A stretch of 32,000 bases of DNA from Archaeoglobus fulgidus DSM 4304 (GCF_000008665.1 NC_000917.1:1230001-1262000); one strand, 5' to 3'. Shown: positions 16,810 through 25,332, numbered from the stretch's first letter. Notes: generated by a model from the letters alone, not told the origin. Made by a program: numbers and translations.

Positions 16810-19226
16810 GTTTTTCTCCTTAAAAGGGCTGCAGTTAAAGCTAATGCCGCAATTGCTGCAGCTGATGAAAAGCCGGGAGTGGATTTTCTCTCAGCAGCTG
16901 CCGTAGTTGTGGTGGTAGCAGTTGTGGTGGTGGTTGTAGTAGATGCCGTTGCAGTAGTGGTGGTAGTAGCGGTGATTGCAGGAGCGGTAGCAACAGATGC
17001 GTTCACCTTAATCGGGTGCGGCTTTCCCAGCAATGCAATGATGGCTGAAACTGTCATGAAACCGGGATTGGAGGTCTGATACTTTGTGTACTTGAAGTAG
17101 CCGTCCTCCGTCTGAAGGCTAAGCAGATGCTCCACCACACTCGTGTTGTTCTTTGCCCACTCCATCGGATTGACTCCCGCGGCAACGAGGGCCTGTATCG
17201 TCCAAGCATCACTGGCAGCGTTGCTTGCTGAACTCCCGAAGTACCTCATCCCACCATCGTCGTTCTGTCCGGTCTTGAGGTAATCAAGGGCTTTTTTGAT
17301 CACATCCGAATCTCTTGGCTCCTCTGCAGCTATCAGAGCCTCAATCGCTGCTGCAGTGTCGTCGAAGTCGCTCTCCTCCCCCGCACTCCAGGCGAATCCC
17401 CCATCGACATCCTGCTGAGCTTTCAGCCACTCTGCAGATGCTGTTGTGTTCTCACCAACCGATGCCAGGGCGATGATTCCCCAGATGGTCTTGTAGGTGA
17501 AGTCCCCTATCTGCCCGTTTTCCTTCATGTAGGACTTCAGCTTTCCCACGAGGTCAACGCCTGCAAAGTTCCTCGGATTCTCGTTTGCGTAAACAAGGGC
17601 CAGTATGGTTCTCGCGTAGTCCTCAGCCCCCATCGTGCCCATCTCATCTTTCAGCCTTTCCCTCACAAAGTCGATGGGGCTTTTTCCGTTTTTAACCCAC
17701 TCATGGGGGTCCTGACCTGCAGCAACTATGGCCATGATTGCCCACGCGGTCGCAGAAATGCTGCTGTTCTCACCCGGATTCGCAAACCCACCATCATCGT
17801 TTTGAATCGTCCTGAGCCAGTCCAGGGCCTTCTGGATTCTCGCATCAGTTACATTGAGGGGGAAGCTGTCCCACTTGATGGTTATCGCAATAACGCTGAG
17901 GGATTCCGTTTCGGCGGAGTAGTAGAGGTAATTCTCATCCTTCCCGGTTTTCTCCGTCGGCAGCTCGAACCAGCTTCCGTTGTACTTCATGAGAACCACT
18001 TCCCTACCCTCGGCAACGTCTTTGGGAACTCTGAAATCAATAGTCGCCTTCAAAGAGTCGTTTGCCGTAATCTCAAACCACCTGTAAAACGTTCCGTAAA
18101 CCACACCCGGAGGGATGTGGGACTCTGCAATAACCACCTGCACAGGTTTTTCCGATTCGAAAGTCAGGCCGGTTATTGACAGGTTTGTCATTAGCTGTTC
18201 GGAAGGAATTACCTTCGTCTTACCGGGCTGAATGGTGATAACCTGCCCCGTGAGGTTCAGGTGAATTCCCGGCTCGCTGACGTTTACGGCCTTTGTGATG
18301 GTGTCAGAGAGGGCATCGTTGTCGAAGACTGTGAGGGAGACTTCATACGTTCCCGGCTCGGAGTAAATGTGAGTTACGGAAACCCCCCTTCCGCTTTTTC
18401 CGTCCCCGAAGTTCCAGATGTAATCCGTTATCTGGCCATCGTCAACCGACTTGGAGGCATTGAACACAACCTCCTCTCCCGCAACGGGGTTTGCTGGGGA
18501 GAACGTAAAGTCGGCCACCGGTGGAATCTTTGACGGCCAGATTATGCTGACGGTAATTTCATAGCTGTCCCCTATGTCTATGTATATCTTGAAGGGTGAG
18601 GAGTCAGGGGTGTCGCTCATGCTTCTGGAGAAGTACCAGACTATCCTATCTCCGGGATAGACTCTTTTCTCTGTAGCCGCAACTCCCGGCAACGGCTCGT
18701 TAGGGTAGTTGACCCAGTACATCCAGCCTGAAGTCTCCCCTATATCCCCCTTGCACAAATCCCTCACGCATTTTACGAAGATTCCCCAGTCGGTAAGTTC
18801 GGGAGTTATGGAGAATCCCATTATTTCCGATGCCTTTTTCAGCGCTCCGTAAGCGGTTCTCCACTCAACTTCTTTGCCAAGAACTTCGAACGTCCCGTAG
18901 GGAAGGTACTGCTTAGAAGTAGTGCCTCCTCCACCACTGCTGCCACTGCTGCAGGTTGTAACCTGCAGAGTTTTGGTGACCTGCTCATCTCCTGCCATGG
19001 CGATTACAACAAGCTCTCCAGGAACTCTCGGCTTGAAGTAAGCGGGATTTGATGGTGAAACTTCAGCGAAAACTGGTGTGCCTGAATTCATTCTGAAAAC
19101 AATTGTTGCTTCCTTGTCAGTTACAACTTCAACCGGTTTATCCACACACCCCCCGCTCACGTCGAGAGTGAGAGCGGAGGCGGGGGTCAGGATGAGAAGA
19201 ATAAATAAAGCCGCCAGCAGGCGCAT
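16806..19226 (-). CDS. Large secreted, surface-anchored protein: DUF4430-like domain, PKD domain, PGF-pre-PGF-like domain, alpha/alpha-toroid (prenyltransferase/terpenoid-cyclase-like) repeats, Thr-rich linker, PGF-CTERM sorting signal
   Basis: 'GETSGWMYWVNYPNEPLPGVAATEKRVYPGDRIVWYF' (DUF4430-like); 'FTFSPANPVAGEEVVFNASKSVDDGQITDYIWNFGDG' (PKD); 'ATIDFRVPKDVAEGREVVLMKYNGSWFELPTEKTG' (PGF-pre-PGF-like); repeated 'AxxWLxxxQxxDGGFxxxxxxxSxxxATAWAIxALxAAG'; C-terminal 'TPGFSSAAAIAALALTAALLRRKT'. Confidence 0.85.
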   Translation of the reverse strand: MRLLAALFILLILTPASALTLDVSGGCVDKPVEVVTDKEATIVFRMNSGTPVFAEVSPSNPAYFKPRVPGELVVIAMAGDEQVTKTLQVTTCSSGSSGGGGTTSKQYLPYGTFEVLGKEVEWRTAYGALKKASEIMGFSITPELTDWGIFVKCVRDLCKGDIGETSGWMYWVNYPNEPLPGVAATEKRVYPGDRIVWYFSRSMSDTPDSSPFKIYIDIGDSYEITVSIIWPSKIPPVADFTFSPANPVAGEEVVFNASKSVDDGQITDYIWNFGDGKSGRGVSVTHIYSEPGTYEVSLTVFDNDALSDTITKAVNVSEPGIHLNLTGQVITIQPGKTKVIPSEQLMTNLSITGLTFESEKPVQVVIAESHIPPGVVYGTFYRWFEITANDSLKATIDFRVPKDVAEGREVVLMKYNGSWFELPTEKTGKDENYLYYSAETESLSVIAITIKWDSFPLNVTDARIQKALDWLRTIQNDDGGFANPGENSSISATAWAIMAIVAAGQDPHEWVKNGKSPIDFVRERLKDEMGTMGAEDYARTILALVYANENPRNFAGVDLVGKLKSYMKENGQIGDFTYKTIWGIIALASVGENTTASAEWLKAQQDVDGGFAWSAGEESDFDDTAAAIEALIAAEEPRDSDVIKKALDYLKTGQNDDGGMRYFGSSASNAASDAWTIQALVAAGVNPMEWAKNNTSVVEHLLSLQTEDGYFKYTKYQTSNPGFMTVSAIIALLGKPHPIKVNASVATAPAITATTTTTATASTTTTTTTATTTTTAAAERKSTPGFSSAAAIAALALTAALLRRKT
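16880..17005 (-). repeat. Low-complexity Thr/Ala-rich coding tract (cell-wall-spanning linker)
   Basis: 'TAPAITATTTTTATASTTTTTTTATTTTTTAAAAERKS' encoded by ACN/GCN runs. Confidence 0.8.
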
Positions 19227-21067
19227 CAGCTCACCTCACAGCTTGCCGGGCCATAGAGGTGAATCAGGTTGGCAGGATACTCGCTGAACCTGTAAACTCC
19301 TGCATAGAGGCTGTAAGTCCCCTGATCAGCAAGCTGCGGGATGTGGATGAGCACCGGAACTCTCAGCTCCTCTCCCGCATTGAGGCGGAAGGTTGAGATG
19401 CCAGCTATCGCCTCCCCCTGCTCACCCACACCGCTCACAACGACGACATACCAGTCAGTAGAGGCAGAGGTTACATTCACCCACGCCGTTATGTTCCCTC
19501 CCCTGTTCCCGTTTGAAAGCTCAAGAGATGAGATACCTGCTGGTTTTACATCAGCATTAATTTTCAGCAGAATTAGGCAGCTGTTGAGGCTGCTTCCGTC
19601 TCCGTAGCAGTAATATACAGTTTCCTTCTGGTTTAGGTTGTATCGGTCAGCTCCAACAGATATTTGCCCGGTTTCGTTCCATACACTCCAGTAAATCCAG
19701 TTACCGTCAATTTGATCGGTTCCGAGGCCCATGATGGTTTTTATGAAGAAACCGTACTGGGAATACCAGCTGTCATCAAGACTTACCTCAAACCAGACCT
19801 TTGCTCCATTCACCGTATGATTTTCAGACTCATAAAGCGCTCCGAGAGCCGTTGTTCTGTTAACTTCATAGCTGTTTCCGTTGACGAGAACCTCGAACTT
19901 TCCGGGAATCAGCGTAACGTTAAACTCGAAGCTTCCAGATGTCTCGAAGCAGTAAACGTATCCGCTGTCGGCCCCGATGAAAAGCTTATTTTCAGCTATG
20001 AACGGTGACGACATGATGTTGTAGTAGCTCCCCGAAGGGGGAGATAAGCGGTAATACCACAGCACTTCACCGCTGAGCGCATCAACAGCATAAAGCGTTC
20101 CCTCAGGTGTGTTTGTGGCGAAGTAAACAACACCGCCCGCGACAGCAGGCGACGAGTCAATCTTTCCGTTAACAGCAGTCTCCCATTTCTTCGTGCCGTC
20201 GCTGGCGTTAAAGCAGTAGAGCTTACCATCTGATCCGATGTAAACATTCCCGTAAGCAACGGCCGCCGTTGACATCGTTCCGCTAAAGGCTACACTCCAG
20301 GCTTCGGTTCCGTCGAGATTCACGGCATAAAGTTTGGTTTCTGTGGCAACGTAAACTCTCTGTCCATCTGTTGAGGGAGAGTTGGTGATTTTGCCATCAA
20401 CCGGAAACTTCCACTGCTCCACTCCGCTCTCATTCACGGCAACCAGAAGGCCGTTCCCGCTTTCATTGCCTGCGAAGAACACCAGACCTTTAAATGCTGA
20501 TGGCGAGGTGTAGGGACCAATCTCCCCTCCTGTGGTGTAACGCCACACCACATTGCCGTCAGAATCGATCTTCCAGAGCGTTCCGTTGGAGAACGTTGTA
20601 ACGTAAACCGACCCGTTGTAAACGAGCGGTGATGATGCAATGCCCCACCACAAGGGGGAGCTTTCAAGCTTTACCGCCTTGACAATATCGCCACTTGCCG
20701 CATCTACATAATACAGCATTCCGGTAATGTCACCCACAACCAGCAGGTTTCCGAAGACAGCTACGCTGGATGCGCCGGAGATTGTCGCGTTTCTCCACTC
20801 CACGCTGCCGGTTGTGGCGTTGAGAGAGTAAAGTCCGGGCTGCCAGTCACCCCAGCCGAACCAGTTTGTGACGTAAATGTGACCGTTGTAGTAAACAGGT
20901 GACGCTCCCACAAGCCCGGTCAGCTGAGTTTTCCAGGCGAGGTGTGGGATAATCTCCCCACTCGCCGTGAAATTCCCTGTCCTCTGCACGTCCCCGTGAA
21001 ACGTGGTGGCACTCGCTGCTGCAGTAAGCATTATTAACGTGAGTGAAATCAATGCAAATTTCCTCAT
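19226..21067 (-). CDS. Secreted PQQ-like beta-propeller repeat protein
   Basis: 613 aa, signal peptide 'MRKFALISLTLIMLTAAASA'; repeated 'SSPLVYNGSVYVTTFSNGTLWKIDSDGNVVWRY', 'SSPAVAGGVVYFATNTPEGTLYAVDALSGEVLWYY'. Confidence 0.88.
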   Translation of the reverse strand: MRKFALISLTLIMLTAAASATTFHGDVQRTGNFTASGEIIPHLAWKTQLTGLVGASPVYYNGHIYVTNWFGWGDWQPGLYSLNATTGSVEWRNATISGASSVAVFGNLLVVGDITGMLYYVDAASGDIVKAVKLESSPLWWGIASSPLVYNGSVYVTTFSNGTLWKIDSDGNVVWRYTTGGEIGPYTSPSAFKGLVFFAGNESGNGLLVAVNESGVEQWKFPVDGKITNSPSTDGQRVYVATETKLYAVNLDGTEAWSVAFSGTMSTAAVAYGNVYIGSDGKLYCFNASDGTKKWETAVNGKIDSSPAVAGGVVYFATNTPEGTLYAVDALSGEVLWYYRLSPPSGSYYNIMSSPFIAENKLFIGADSGYVYCFETSGSFEFNVTLIPGKFEVLVNGNSYEVNRTTALGALYESENHTVNGAKVWFEVSLDDSWYSQYGFFIKTIMGLGTDQIDGNWIYWSVWNETGQISVGADRYNLNQKETVYYCYGDGSSLNSCLILLKINADVKPAGISSLELSNGNRGGNITAWVNVTSASTDWYVVVVSGVGEQGEAIAGISTFRLNAGEELRVPVLIHIPQLADQGTYSLYAGVYRFSEYPANLIHLYGPASCEVS

Positions 21068-21152
21068 GCTCCAAAAATTCGGATTTCAATTTATAAAGTT
21101 TTCCAGATAACTTGATACAAAATAAAGCATATTTGATTTGCTACCACGGAGC

Positions 21153-21719
21153 TTACCACCTCGCCAGGCTGTCCTTCACCGCCTCCCCAGCACATCTCCA
21201 GAGCTTCTGCCCAACTTCACTCGCAGGACCGCAGTACCTGTGATACCCCCCCTTCTGAGTGCATAGCACCACAACCGCGTCGGTGTTCGTGCCCGTGAAG
21301 TTGTGCCCCTCTTCCAGCAAAGCCTTCGTTTTTGCCTCAGTTGCAGTTATAATGGCGTTGAGCATCGCAGCCCTGCTCATCCTGCACTCGAAAACCGCTA
21401 TTATGTTTATCGTCCCTACCCTCTCATTTGGATTCATGACTCCCGCAGTGGCGAACACCGTCACCTCTCCGCAGCCTTTCACGCTGAGCTTCTCGATGGG
21501 AACGGAGGTGAGCAGGCCAAAGTAGGATTTGAGCCCGTATCCCCTCGCAACCTTTCTGAGGTACTCTGCAGGCTCCATCGAGTGGAATTCCTCGCTTACA
21601 GTGTGGTTGAACGCATGTCTCACTCTCTTCCACCCTCCCAGCAACCCCGTGCTGACGCCGAAGAAGTCTCCCGAAACCACCAGAGTTCTTTCGTCAACCC
21701 AGTAATTTTCGTACGGCAT
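21153..21719 (-). CDS. cbiZ: Adenosylcobinamide amidohydrolase
   Basis: 188 aa, 'NHTVSEEFHSMEPAEYLRKVARGYGL...GLLTSVPIEKLSV...VFATAGVMNPNERVGTINIIAVFECRMSRAAMLNAIITATEAKTKALLEEGHNFTGTNTDAVVVLC', CbiZ hallmark. Confidence 0.9.
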   Translation of the reverse strand: MPYENYWVDERTLVVSGDFFGVSTGLLGGWKRVRHAFNHTVSEEFHSMEPAEYLRKVARGYGLKSYFGLLTSVPIEKLSVKGCGEVTVFATAGVMNPNERVGTINIIAVFECRMSRAAMLNAIITATEAKTKALLEEGHNFTGTNTDAVVVLCTQKGGYHRYCGPASEVGQKLWRCAGEAVKDSLARW

Positions 21720-22911
21720 CCAGAACCTCCTCTTCCCTTTTCACAACCACCGCTTTTTCCAGAATTTTAATATAAAGCTCCTCCGCCTCCTTTCCGGCAA
21801 AATTTCGTTCTTTAAAGGGAGTTCTGTCAACCACAACGAGCTTGCCGAGGTTTGCTGCATGCAATGCTGCAAGAAGATTCCTGTAGTTCCCCTTTCCAAC
21901 GCTCAGGTTCGCCAGCACAACCGCATCGCTCTTCTCAATCATCTCTATGTTTTTCTGATGCGAAGAGTCGCTTATCGGTGAAAATGGGGCTTCGTCAACA
22001 ACCTCTCCCAGCTCAACCGCGTTCTCCCAGTCGGAATCAAGGATGTTCACAACCCCCGCGGAAACCTTGTATCCTACCTCCCTGAGCATGTGCATGATTG
22101 CTCCACCACTCCCCCCTCCGCATATGACGTGAACCCTCCTCAAACCGTTCGGAACCTTCAGCTTCGGGGCGATGTAAACCCCCCTTCCGTATTTTCTGAC
22201 AACAACGTCAGCCCCAAAAACATCCCTTATGCTCTCCTCCGTAATGACATCCTCCGGCCTTCCCGCGTAGACAACAACACCGTCCTTTACCATCAGAATT
22301 TTGGTTGCAAAGGAGGATGCGAGGTTTATGTCGTGTATTGCAACTATTGCAGCCTTTCCCTGCTCCACCTTGCTCCTTACAATCTCCATTATCTCAATCT
22401 GCGCCGCTATGTCTAAATGGGCTGTTGGCTCGTCGAGCAGCATTATTTCGGGCTGCTGGGCAAAAACCCTCGCAAGCATAACCTTCTGCCTCTCTCCACC
22501 GCTGAGCTCCGAGAAAAGCCTGTCGGCCATTTTCTCCATCCCAACCTCCTTCAGAGCTTCCATCGCTGCTCTGTAATCCTCCTCTTTAGGCCTCTTTAAC
22601 CCGCTCAGATAGGGAGTTCTGCCGAGCATCACGACATCAATGACCTTTAAATTCGTCATCGGTGTGTCCTGCGGAAGAAAGCCGAGCTTTCTGGCAGCTT
22701 CCTCAGCACTGCCAACTTCCCTGCCGTCAAGCAAAACCACTCCCTTAAGGGGCTTGAGCATTCCGAATATCGTTCTCAGCATCGTGGTCTTGCCGCTCCC
22801 GTTGGGGCCGAGCAGGGCGAGAAGCTCTCCCTCCCCCACCTCAAAGGTTACGTCCTTCAGCACCTCTCTGCTCCCCAGCTTTACGCTGACTCCCTTCACC
22901 ACGAGCCTCAT
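21694..22911 (-). CDS. btuD: Corrinoid ABC transporter ATP-binding protein with C-terminal extra domain
   Basis: 405 aa, '[18 protein letters not shown]', 'ELSGGERQKVMLARVFAQQPEIMLLDEPTAHLD', plus ~140-aa C-terminal domain starting 'RRVHVICGGGSGGAIMHMLREVGYKVSAGVV'. Confidence 0.88.
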   Translation of the reverse strand: MRLVVKGVSVKLGSREVLKDVTFEVGEGELLALLGPNGSGKTTMLRTIFGMLKPLKGVVLLDGREVGSAEEAARKLGFLPQDTPMTNLKVIDVVMLGRTPYLSGLKRPKEEDYRAAMEALKEVGMEKMADRLFSELSGGERQKVMLARVFAQQPEIMLLDEPTAHLDIAAQIEIMEIVRSKVEQGKAAIVAIHDINLASSFATKILMVKDGVVVYAGRPEDVITEESIRDVFGADVVVRKYGRGVYIAPKLKVPNGLRRVHVICGGGSGGAIMHMLREVGYKVSAGVVNILDSDWENAVELGEVVDEAPFSPISDSSHQKNIEMIEKSDAVVLANLSVGKGNYRNLLAALHAANLGKLVVVDRTPFKERNFAGKEAEELYIKILEKAVVVKREEEVLDAVRKLLG

Positions 22912-23894
22912 ACCGACCTCCTCATCAGCAGGTAGAGGAAAAACGGCCCTCCGAGCATGGCCGTTATCGCCCCCACAGGCAGCTCACCGCTCGTTGAAAT
23001 TCTGGCAACGACGTCGATGAGCGGCATGAAAGCCGTGGAGAGGAATATTGTGGAGGGGAGAAGCTTCTGGTGCTCCTCTCCCACCAGTATCCTCATTGTG
23101 TGGGGAACGATTATGCCAACAAAGCCTATGACACCGCTGATCGCAACGGTTGTTGAAGTAAGAAGAGCAACGACAGCTATCAGGGACTTCCTGAAGCTTT
23201 CGACGTTTATCCCCACCGCTGCAGCGTGCTCATCGCCGAGCAAAAGGGCGTTAAGGTTCCATGAGGTAATCAGGAGGTAGAGCAGCCCGGCAATGGTAAT
23301 GGGCAGGGCGAAAAGCACCTCTTCAACGAAGGGGTTCGAGAAGCTTCCCATGAGCCAGAAAATCACTTTGTGCATGCTTTGAGCGGAGAAGTAAATTAGA
23401 ACGGAAGTTAAACCGGAGAAGAAGCTTGCTATGGCAACCCCGGCAAGAAGAATTGCGTACGTCTGATCCCGAAATTTTGAGGATGAGCCAATTAGATAAA
23501 CGACGTATGCGGTAATAAGAGCGGAGAAAAAGGCCATTCCGATTCTTGAGTAAATAGTCTCAATGCCAAGAGCAACCGAAAGGGCAGCGCCAACACTCGC
23601 CCCGCTCGCCACCCCAAGAACGTAGGGCTCGGCAAGTGGATTTCTGAACAGAGCCTGCATGGCACAGCCGGATGCAGAGAGAGACGCTCCGGCTATCACC
23701 GCCATCAGATACCTCGGCAGTCTGTAGCTGAGAACGATTTTTGTTGCAGTCTCATCGGCATTTCCCGTAATAACCTGAAAGAGGTATGTATAGCCCCCGC
23801 TCCCCACTCCAAGGGAGAGCAGCAGAGCGAGAAGATTCAGTGCGAGCAGGGCTGCTACAACTTTACCCTTCACGAAGTCAAAAGAATTGGTCAT
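22908..23894 (-). CDS. btuC: Corrinoid/iron-chelate ABC transporter permease (FecCD/BtuC family)
   Basis: 328 aa, 'GASLSASGCAMQALFRNPLAEPYVLGVASGASVGAAL', 'VGFIGFVGIIVPHTMRILVGEEHQKLLP'-type signature; ATGA overlap with btuD. Confidence 0.9.
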   Translation of the reverse strand: MTNSFDFVKGKVVAALLALNLLALLLSLGVGSGGYTYLFQVITGNADETATKIVLSYRLPRYLMAVIAGASLSASGCAMQALFRNPLAEPYVLGVASGASVGAALSVALGIETIYSRIGMAFFSALITAYVVYLIGSSSKFRDQTYAILLAGVAIASFFSGLTSVLIYFSAQSMHKVIFWLMGSFSNPFVEEVLFALPITIAGLLYLLITSWNLNALLLGDEHAAAVGINVESFRKSLIAVVALLTSTTVAISGVIGFVGIIVPHTMRILVGEEHQKLLPSTIFLSTAFMPLIDVVARISTSGELPVGAITAMLGGPFFLYLLMRRSV

Positions 23895-23913
23895 CAGATA
23901 AACTTTTTCCGAA

Positions 23914-24573
23914 CTAAATCCTCCTGCCCTTCACCCTGTCAAGGTCAAACTTCGCCTTCTCGCTTATGTGCATCACAGCCAGCGTTCCCGCCATAACGGG
24001 GTCGCTTATGACCACATCAGCAACATCTGGCACACTGCCGAACATGCTGAGCGAAATGACCCTAATGCCGCTCTTTCTCAGCTTTTTGACCTCCTCCGTT
24101 ATCTTTCCACCCATTATACCTCCTGCAAGAACGAGAACCTCTGCCCTGTGGAGCCTTGAAACCGCCTTAACTGCCTCCGCAATCTCTTCTTCACCAACAA
24201 CGGGCATTGTGTCAACGCTAATCCTCTCTCCCCTCAAATTGTGCCTGTCTGCCTCGCTTATAGCTCCTATTGCGACCTGCGAAACCAGTGCTCCTCCACC
24301 AAGAATTATAACTCTCTTCCCGAAAACCCTCTCAAAGGACTCCTCCTCCTCGATTTCAATTATGTAGTCGAAGGTCTTAACCCTTTCAAGAATTTTCTCG
24401 AAATCCCCACCCTCAATCTCGAAGTAAATCAGAGCTTTTCCCTCGTGCTCTCCATGCTTGATTAAGAAGGTCTGAGCGAAGGTTATGTTCCCCCCTTCCT
24501 CTGCTATGATTGTCGTCAGATCCCTCAGCACCCCAATCTTGTTCTCTGCAATTATTCTGAGCCCCCTCAGCAT
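23914..24573 (-). CDS. ACT-domain protein with C-terminal DUF5612-like domain
   Basis: 219 aa, 'MLRGLRIIAENKIGVLRDLTTIIAEEGGNITFAQTFLI' ACT domain; C-terminus 'VIILGGGALVSQVAIGAISEADRHNLRGERISVDTMPVVGEEEIAEAV'. Confidence 0.75.
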   Translation of the reverse strand: MLRGLRIIAENKIGVLRDLTTIIAEEGGNITFAQTFLIKHGEHEGKALIYFEIEGGDFEKILERVKTFDYIIEIEEEESFERVFGKRVIILGGGALVSQVAIGAISEADRHNLRGERISVDTMPVVGEEEIAEAVKAVSRLHRAEVLVLAGGIMGGKITEEVKKLRKSGIRVISLSMFGSVPDVADVVISDPVMAGTLAVMHISEKAKFDLDRVKGRRI

Positions 24574-24806
24574 CAGAACCTCGCCCCTGTGAGGGTTTTC
24601 GTTTCAATCACACCGTCAATGGACCTTATCTTGTTCACAACGACATCGCTGAGCTCCTCAAAGCTCCTCACAACAACTTTGGCAATCAAATCGTACTCCC
24701 CGAAAAGGGGATAAAGCTCCTCAACCTCATCAAGTGCTGCAAGTGCGTCATAAACTTTCCTCTCCTTTCCGGGAGAGACCTTTATTAGAACGAATCCGAG
24801 AGCCAT
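24573..24806 (-). CDS. Stand-alone Lrp/AsnC ligand-binding (RAM) domain protein
   Basis: 'MALGFVLIKVSPGKERKVYDALAALDEVEELYPLFGEYDLIAKVVVRSFEELSDVVVNKIRSIDGVIETKTLTG', no HTH. Start adjusted to MALGF. Confidence 0.85.
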   Translation of the reverse strand: MALGFVLIKVSPGKERKVYDALAALDEVEELYPLFGEYDLIAKVVVRSFEELSDVVVNKIRSIDGVIETKTLTGARF

Positions 24807-24835
24807 GATTTGAGTAACCTCTGACAATTTTAACT

Positions 24836-25300
24836 TTATCCAAAGAACTGCTTCCAGATTTTGTCCTTAATGTGGTGTATGTTCTTCACAGCCTTACCTT
24901 TCCCCCTTACCATCTCCTCTCCATTGCAGAGCGCCACCCCAACGGCAATCGGACTGTCCTTGCCCTCGACTGTCACAAATACAAAGTCACCTTCCTTTAT
25001 CCTCTCGTCCGCATAAACGATGCCCGGCTTCATAACGTCCGCACCGTTCATCACGAACTTCAGCGCCCCCTCATCAACTGTCACCCTGTACTTTTCCGGC
25101 TTGAGCTTTATGGCCCCGTAAACGGAGAGGTAGTATCTTCCGTCGTAGTTGATGACCAGAGGTTCGTTATCAACCAAGATTACCTTTATGCTGCCAAAGT
25201 CAACTTCGTCCATCTCGCCCTCAACCCTGGCCCCGGCGTTTTCCTCCACCTCAGCACTAACCTTCTTTGCCTCCTTCTTCCTGAGCCTCCTGCGTCGCAT
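24836..25300 (-). CDS. PUA-domain (RNA-binding) protein
   Basis: 154 aa, 'KYRVTVDEGALKFVMNGADVMKPGIVYADERIKEGDFVFVTVEGKDSPIAVGVALCNGEEMVRGKGKAVKNIHHIKDKIWK'. Confidence 0.85.
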   Translation of the reverse strand: MRRRRLRKKEAKKVSAEVEENAGARVEGEMDEVDFGSIKVILVDNEPLVINYDGRYYLSVYGAIKLKPEKYRVTVDEGALKFVMNGADVMKPGIVYADERIKEGDFVFVTVEGKDSPIAVGVALCNGEEMVRGKGKAVKNIHHIKDKIWKQFFG

Positions 25301-25332
25301 AGCGGATTTAGGCGAGACTTTAAAAATATTTA

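Noticed and set aside
16880-17005. Repetitive tgg/tgt tract that might suggest a tandem or CRISPR-like array
   Set aside because: It is an in-frame Thr/Ala-rich linker of the surface protein; no regular repeat-spacer architecture.
17703-18179. 158-aa plus-strand ORF, plus many similar antisense ORFs across the window (e.g. 30558-30896, 28539-28916, 22640-23020)
   Set aside because: Fully antisense to well-supported genes; compositions look like mirror translations with no family motifs.
23895-23913. Possible cobalamin riboswitch upstream of btuC
   Set aside because: Only 19 nt separate btuC from the upstream gene, too short for a B12 riboswitch, and this element class is essentially bacterial.
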